Below are positions 59,394 through 64,000 of a DNA stretch of 64,000 bases, in pieces. Source of the stretch: Candidatus Parcubacteria bacterium (GTDB lineage Bacteria; Patescibacteriota; Minisyncoccia; Minisyncoccales; JAGMDC01). Each line of letters begins with the position of its first letter. Within the stretch, counting starts at the first letter, position 1. The position numbers and the translations under genes were made by a program. The stretch is taken from positions 31,820 through 95,819 of the forward strand of contig JAGMDC010000011.1 of NCBI GenBank assembly GCA_023128895.1. Reading direction: 5' to 3'. Under the pieces are notes generated by a model that was not told the DNA's origin, searched no databases, and saw only the letters and a program-made list of their open reading frames with translations.

Positions 59394-60287
59394 TTACTCG
59401 CGGAATTTTTTGTAATTAAGCCAGGCAAGAAGAATCGGACTGGCTAAAAAGATTGAGGAATATGTTCCGGCAACAACCCCAATAATAAGGGCAAGGGCAA
59501 AGTATTGCAAAGTCGCGCCGCCAAAAAAGAAAATGGCAAGCAGAACAAACAAAGTGGTTAAAGAAGTGTTAATTGAACGGGATAATGTGTCATTTAATGA
59601 TTTATTGACAATATCTTCCAAAGAACCGCTGTGTATTCTTATTAAATTTTCCCTGACTCTGTCAAACACAACTACTGTGTCATTGACCGAATAGCCCAAC
59701 ACCGTGAGCAAACCCACAACAACCGGAATAGAAATTTCTATCCCCTGATACCTGCCTAAAACAGCGAATACTCCAATAGGTATTAAAACATCATGCCCCA
59801 GCGCGAACAATGTCGCAATGCCGTACTGCCAGCTCTTGATAGAACTTTTGACTTTCCTGAAAGCAAAGGTTACATACGCGATTATCGCAGATAAGGACAA
59901 AATAATAATCAAAATAGTTTTTTGTTTTAATTCTTCGCCAATCACCGGCCCGATGGATTCAAATCTCATTTCTTCCAGTTCATGGGTTTCTTTCAACTTA
60001 CTGAGAATTTCCTGGTGTTTTTCTTCGCTAATATCTTTGATTCGTAAAATCATTGCGCTCTCCCCGCTCGGCTGGACCATTATATCGCCCAACTCTAATT
60101 CCGACAAAGCCCCCTTAATCTCATCATTAGACGGCCTCGCGTCTTTATATTCTACTTCCATAATACTGCCGCCGGTAAATTCAATGTTTGGATTCAGGCC
60201 AAACATTGCCAAACAGCACAAACTCCCGAGGATTAAAACCCCGGAAAAAATGAAATAAAACTTTGAATATTTAATGAAATTAAACAT
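59394..60287 (-). CDS. secF: protein translocase subunit SecF
   Basis: The ORF opens at 60305, but the ATG at 60287 (MFNFIKYSKFYF) avoids overlap with secD. It has six TM helices and follows secD. Confidence 0.85.
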   Translation of the reverse strand: MFNFIKYSKFYFIFSGVLILGSLCCLAMFGLNPNIEFTGGSIMEVEYKDARPSNDEIKGALSELELGDIMVQPSGESAMILRIKDISEEKHQEILSKLKETHELEEMRFESIGPVIGEELKQKTILIIILSLSAIIAYVTFAFRKVKSSIKSWQYGIATLFALGHDVLIPIGVFAVLGRYQGIEISIPVVVGLLTVLGYSVNDTVVVFDRVRENLIRIHSGSLEDIVNKSLNDTLSRSINTSLTTLFVLLAIFFFGGATLQYFALALIIGVVAGTYSSIFLASPILLAWLNYKKFRE

Positions 60288-60289
60288 AA

Positions 60290-61705
60290 TTATTTCCACA
60301 ACCATTTATATCGTTCCCATCTGGTGCTTTCAAATAATCTGAGCAAAGTTCGCGTAATAAAAATCGCGGAAAACATACTGATTAAAATTCCCAACCCAAG
60401 CGTAAAAGCAAATCCTTTCACAAAACTTACGCCAAAAACAAATAAAATCAAAGCCACGAGCAAAGTAGTTAAATTGCCGTCTCTAATAGAAGGCCATGCC
60501 CTTTCAAAACCCTGTTCCACGCTCTGGGTAAAACTTTTTCCGTCTCTTAATTCTTCCCTGAACCGGGAAAAAATCAAAACATTGGCGTCAACAGCCATTC
60601 CAATTGACAAAATAAATCCGCCAATCCCCGCCAAAGTCAAAGTAACCGGAATCAATTTGAAAAGCGAAAGGATGATTGCTGCATAGACCAATAAAGAGAA
60701 ACAAGCCAAAATTCCTGGAACTCTGTAAAAGAAAATTAAAAACAAAAGGACTGCTAAAAAACCAAACATACCTGCCTGCAAAGATTTTTCCAATGATCTC
60801 GCGCCCAATGTGGGACCAACTGTTTGCTGGGAAATCAATGTTATCGGCACGGGCAAAGCACCGGCGCTAAGATTTCTTGCCAATTCTTTTGCTTCATCAA
60901 TAGTGAACTTGCCTGTGATTTGCGCCTTGCCTCCGGAAATTCTTTGCTGGACCGTGGGCGCAGAAATTACCATTCCGTCAATATAGATAGCCAATGGCTT
61001 GCCAATATTTCTCTCTGTCAATTCTTCAAACAATTTTGAGCCCTCGTCGTCAAATTGAAGCATAATCAATGGTTCATACATTGTCTGGTCAAAGCCCATT
61101 TCAGCGTTTTTCATATATTTTCCGGTTAAACCGGTTTCTTGAAAAATATCTTGAAGCCCTAATTCCCAATTTTCAATTTCCTGAATTTCCTCCATTGTCT
61201 TGCCTTCCAATTCTTTTCTTTTGTCTAAAATCTTTTTCATCTCTTCCTCGCTCTTCTGCTCTTTAAATTCTAAAAACGGGGTCTTGCCAATCATTTGTAT
61301 CGCTGCTGCCGTGTCTTTTACGCCTGCTAATTCAACAATCAAGCGATGATGCCCCTTGGTTTCCTGGGTTTGCACCACCGGCTCCTGAACTCCAAACATA
61401 TTAACCCTTCGCTCAATCACATCTCTTAACCCCTGCAAAGACGAATCATGGTCTTCCTCGTCAATCTGGGACATATCTGCTTCGTATATTAAATGTGTCC
61501 CGCCCTGAAGGTCCAATCCCAGCTTAAACGGGTCTGATGGCAATTGCAGAATGTTGGTTAATCGCTCAATATATTTTATTTCATTCTTTTTAGCGTTAAT
61601 AATATCCGCGGAATTATTCCAGTATTTTGGTTCGCAAAAATTCCCGGCAAGAAAAGCCAGGAAGAAAATAGAAATTGTGATTAGATATAATTTTCGCTTT
61701 GACAT
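60290..61705 (-). CDS. secD: protein translocase subunit SecD
   Basis: 471 aa. N-terminal TM helix, periplasmic domain (LGLDLQGGTHLIYE) and a C-terminal 5-TM bundle. Confidence 0.85.
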   Translation of the reverse strand: MSKRKLYLITISIFFLAFLAGNFCEPKYWNNSADIINAKKNEIKYIERLTNILQLPSDPFKLGLDLQGGTHLIYEADMSQIDEEDHDSSLQGLRDVIERRVNMFGVQEPVVQTQETKGHHRLIVELAGVKDTAAAIQMIGKTPFLEFKEQKSEEEMKKILDKRKELEGKTMEEIQEIENWELGLQDIFQETGLTGKYMKNAEMGFDQTMYEPLIMLQFDDEGSKLFEELTERNIGKPLAIYIDGMVISAPTVQQRISGGKAQITGKFTIDEAKELARNLSAGALPVPITLISQQTVGPTLGARSLEKSLQAGMFGFLAVLLFLIFFYRVPGILACFSLLVYAAIILSLFKLIPVTLTLAGIGGFILSIGMAVDANVLIFSRFREELRDGKSFTQSVEQGFERAWPSIRDGNLTTLLVALILFVFGVSFVKGFAFTLGLGILISMFSAIFITRTLLRLFESTRWERYKWLWK

Positions 61706-61746
61706 TATCTTTATATTATAATTTAATTGTGGAATGTCAATTGCTT

Positions 61747-61771
61747 ATGAGCGAGGCAACAAGCCCTCAAT
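61747..61771. repeat. solo left-end copy of the 11957-12120 element
   Basis: atgagcgaggcaacaagccctcaat lies between the secA stop and the secD start. Confidence 0.5.
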
Positions 61772-64000
61772 TATCCAAATTTAGGATAGCAACATTTTTT
61801 ATATTTTATTGGTTTGCCAGTTTTAGGATCTTTTTTTCCGCACGGACAGGGGTCGTTTCTGCCCGGTTTTGGAGCGCGCGTGGTGTTTTGAGACGCGGAA
61901 GATGGGGCTGGAGCGGAAGACGAGGGCTGGCTAAAAGACGGCACGGGCGCGTTAATCTGCGTTCCGGAATTCGCAAGATTATCCGGCTTTTTCACTAAAC
62001 TCACTTGGAAAATCGTATTCACGATGTCTATTTCTATCGCGGACAACAACGCCTTAAACATTTTATGACCCTCGTTTTTATATTCCACTAAAGGATCTTT
62101 TTGGCCGTAAGCCCTTAAACGAACAGAATCCCTAAGATATTCCATATTTTCCAAATGATCCATCCAAAGGAAATCCAATGTCCGTAAAGCAACAATTTTT
62201 TCTACTTTTCTCATATTCTCCTCGCCAACTTCTTTTTCCTTTTTCTCATAGTCCTCTATTGAATGCTTGGACTTTTCAAGTATTTCTAAAATATATTCTC
62301 TAAGTTTGGAATTCTCGGCTTTCTCCAAAATCTCTCTTCTTCTCTTATAAATTATGTCCCTATGTTTGTTCAAAACATCGTCATAATCCAGCAAATGCTT
62401 TCTTAAATCAAAATTCATCCCTTCAATTTTCCCTTGCGCGCCTTCTATCACTCCGGAAAGCATTTTCGCTTCAATTGCTTGGTCATCCGGAATATTTAAT
62501 TTTTCCATCATTCCTTTAATCTTGTCGCCGCCAAAAATCCGCAAAAGGTCGTCTTCCAATGAAACAAAAAATTGCGAAGACCCGGGATCGCCCTGTCTTC
62601 CGCCTCTTCCTCTTAATTGGTCGTCTATACGCCGCGCTTCGTGACGCTGGGTTCCAATTATATGAAGCCCCCCGGCGCCAACCACTTTTTTGAATTTTTC
62701 TTGGTTTTGCGGATTTCCGCCAAGCATAATATCCACTCCCCTTCCAGCCATATTCGTGGCAATAGTCACCTGCCCTAATTTGCCGGCTTGCGCGATAATC
62801 TCGCCTTCTTTTTCATGCTGTTTGGCGTTCAAAAGCTGATAAGGGATTCCCTCAAGAGACAATAATTTTCCTAAATATTCGTTTTTATCAATAGAAGTTG
62901 TTCCAACAAGGACCGGCTGTCCGGATTCGTGCTTTTGTTTAATCTCCTGGATAACTGCCTTAAATTTGCCCTGTTCTGTTTTGTAAATTCTGTCAGGCAA
63001 ATCCTCGCGCGCCATTGGCTTGTTTGTCGGAATTATTACAACTTCTAATTTATAGACCTTGTCAAGCTCTTCCGCGGATGTTGCGGCAGTTCCTGTCATC
63101 CCGGCCAACTTATTATAAAGCCGAAAATAATTCTGAAATGTTACAGACGCGAGTGTTTTTGATTCCGGCTGGACATTAACGCCTTCTTTTGCTTCCAATG
63201 CCTGATGAAGCCCGCCTGAAAACCTGCGCCCGGGCATCATCCGCCCGGTAAATTCATCCACAATAATCACTTCTCCGTTCTTCACGACATATTCTTTGTC
63301 TTTTTTGAAAAGCGTCTGCGCGCGCAGTGCCTGCTCCATATTATGCAAATATTTTATCCCTTTTTCCTCGTAAATATTTTCCATCCCCAATATCTTTTCA
63401 ATCCTGTTAATCCCTTTCTCCGTAAGCGTAACTGCTTTCATTTTTTCGTCAATTTCATAATCAGTGTCCTGGTCCAATTTTGGGATAATTTTGGCAAACT
63501 CTCCGTACATCGCGGTTGCGTCAACATCCGGCGCTGAAATAATCAACGGCGTGCGCGCTTCGTCAATCAAAATAGAATCAACCTCGTCAACAATAGCGAA
63601 ATTAAAATCCCTCTGTGATTTCATATTCAAATCATAGACCATGTTATCCCTTAAATAATCAAATCCGAATTCATTATTAGTGCCATAAGTAATGTCCGCG
63701 CCATATACATCCTTGCGCAGGGCAGGTCTCAAATATGTTTCAACAACTTTGAACCCTCCCAAAGTATCCCTTTCTTCATCTTTCCGCTCCTCATCCTGTG
63801 TTTCTTTCAAATTCGCGTCGTAAATATACCCTGTATCGTGAACAATACATCCGGTGGACAAGCCCAATAAATCATATATCTGTCCCATCCAAACAGTATC
63901 TCTTTTCGCTAAATAATCGTTAACTGTGACTACATGAACTCCCTTGCCTTCTATGGCATTTAAATATATCGCCAAAGTTGCTGCCAGGGTTTTTCCCTCG
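61771..64000 (-). CDS. secA: preprotein translocase ATPase SecA (5' end outside the window)
   Basis: The frame is open to the window edge (..EGKTLAATLAIYLNA). It has DEVDSILIDEARTPLIIS and TNMAGRGVDI motifs and the C-terminal zinc motif CPCGKKDPKTGKPIKYKKCC. Confidence 0.95.
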   Translation of the reverse strand, partial: EGKTLAATLAIYLNAIEGKGVHVVTVNDYLAKRDTVWMGQIYDLLGLSTGCIVHDTGYIYDANLKETQDEERKDEERDTLGGFKVVETYLRPALRKDVYGADITYGTNNEFGFDYLRDNMVYDLNMKSQRDFNFAIVDEVDSILIDEARTPLIISAPDVDATAMYGEFAKIIPKLDQDTDYEIDEKMKAVTLTEKGINRIEKILGMENIYEEKGIKYLHNMEQALRAQTLFKKDKEYVVKNGEVIIVDEFTGRMMPGRRFSGGLHQALEAKEGVNVQPESKTLASVTFQNYFRLYNKLAGMTGTAATSAEELDKVYKLEVVIIPTNKPMAREDLPDRIYKTEQGKFKAVIQEIKQKHESGQPVLVGTTSIDKNEYLGKLLSLEGIPYQLLNAKQHEKEGEIIAQAGKLGQVTIATNMAGRGVDIMLGGNPQNQEKFKKVVGAGGLHIIGTQRHEARRIDDQLRGRGGRQGDPGSSQFFVSLEDDLLRIFGGDKIKGMMEKLNIPDDQAIEAKMLSGVIEGAQGKIEGMNFDLRKHLLDYDDVLNKHRDIIYKRRREILEKAENSKLREYILEILEKSKHSIEDYEKKEKEVGEENMRKVEKIVALRTLDFLWMDHLENMEYLRDSVRLRAYGQKDPLVEYKNEGHKMFKALLSAIEIDIVNTIFQVSLVKKPDNLANSGTQINAPVPSFSQPSSSAPAPSSASQNTTRAPKPGRNDPCPCGKKDPKTGKPIKYKKCCYPKFG

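Noticed and set aside
1-64000. An alternative genetic code (UGA as Gly or Trp, as in some CPR lineages), and the presence of tRNA or rRNA genes.
   Set aside because: Long uninterrupted ORFs with conserved motifs are obtained under the standard code. TGA terminates well-defined genes at the expected protein ends (ftsZ, the permease, sipW). I found no cloverleaf-like or rRNA-like sequences in the intergenic regions by eye. tRNAscan or Infernal should confirm this.

Overview
This is a 64-kb AT-rich bacterial chromosome window using the standard genetic code (TGA ends ftsZ, for example). Gene content and architecture suggest a reduced Patescibacteria/CPR-like genome; that assignment is inference from gene content only. 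Most genes lie on the minus strand.

Flanks: both are housekeeping. From 0 to 21 kb I see a murF-like ligase, serS, lysS, galU, eno, ftsZ, greA, mrdA-mreD-mreC, a DUF72 protein, a purM-like gene and an EndoQ-like nuclease. From 42 to 64 kb I see an amino-acid permease, a pilB-like ATPase, a UvrD/Cas4-type helicase-nuclease, two S8 proteases, acyP, pgk, a VirD4/TraD-like ATPase with a membrane partner, and secF-secD-secA (secA runs off the window).

Central island: about 22.7-40.1 kb, entirely on the minus strand, is an accessory island.
- It carries one archaeal/SipW-type signal peptidase I.
- Five proteins have the SipW-cognate TasA/CalY-type N-terminus: three small Cys-rich TasA-like paralogues and two large lamin-tail-domain fusions.
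- It also carries a 1114-aa vWA/CnaB/Cys-repeat double-anchored protein and further anchored or secreted proteins.
- These are arranged as two paralogous modules driven by four copies of one promoter block, three of them followed by terminator-like leader hairpins.
- Fic genes bracket the island, and one of them is split by a MITE.

I read this as a candidate surface-fibre/adhesin system.

Small repeats: the window is unusually rich in them.
- A 160-bp MITE family has four copies.
- A 29-bp perfect palindrome has four copies, two of them in-frame inside genes.
- A GC-rich palindrome is inserted in-frame three times in ftsZ and once in the helicase.
- Several other hairpin families are present.

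I found no rRNA, tRNA, CRISPR array, integrase or transposase gene by eye.
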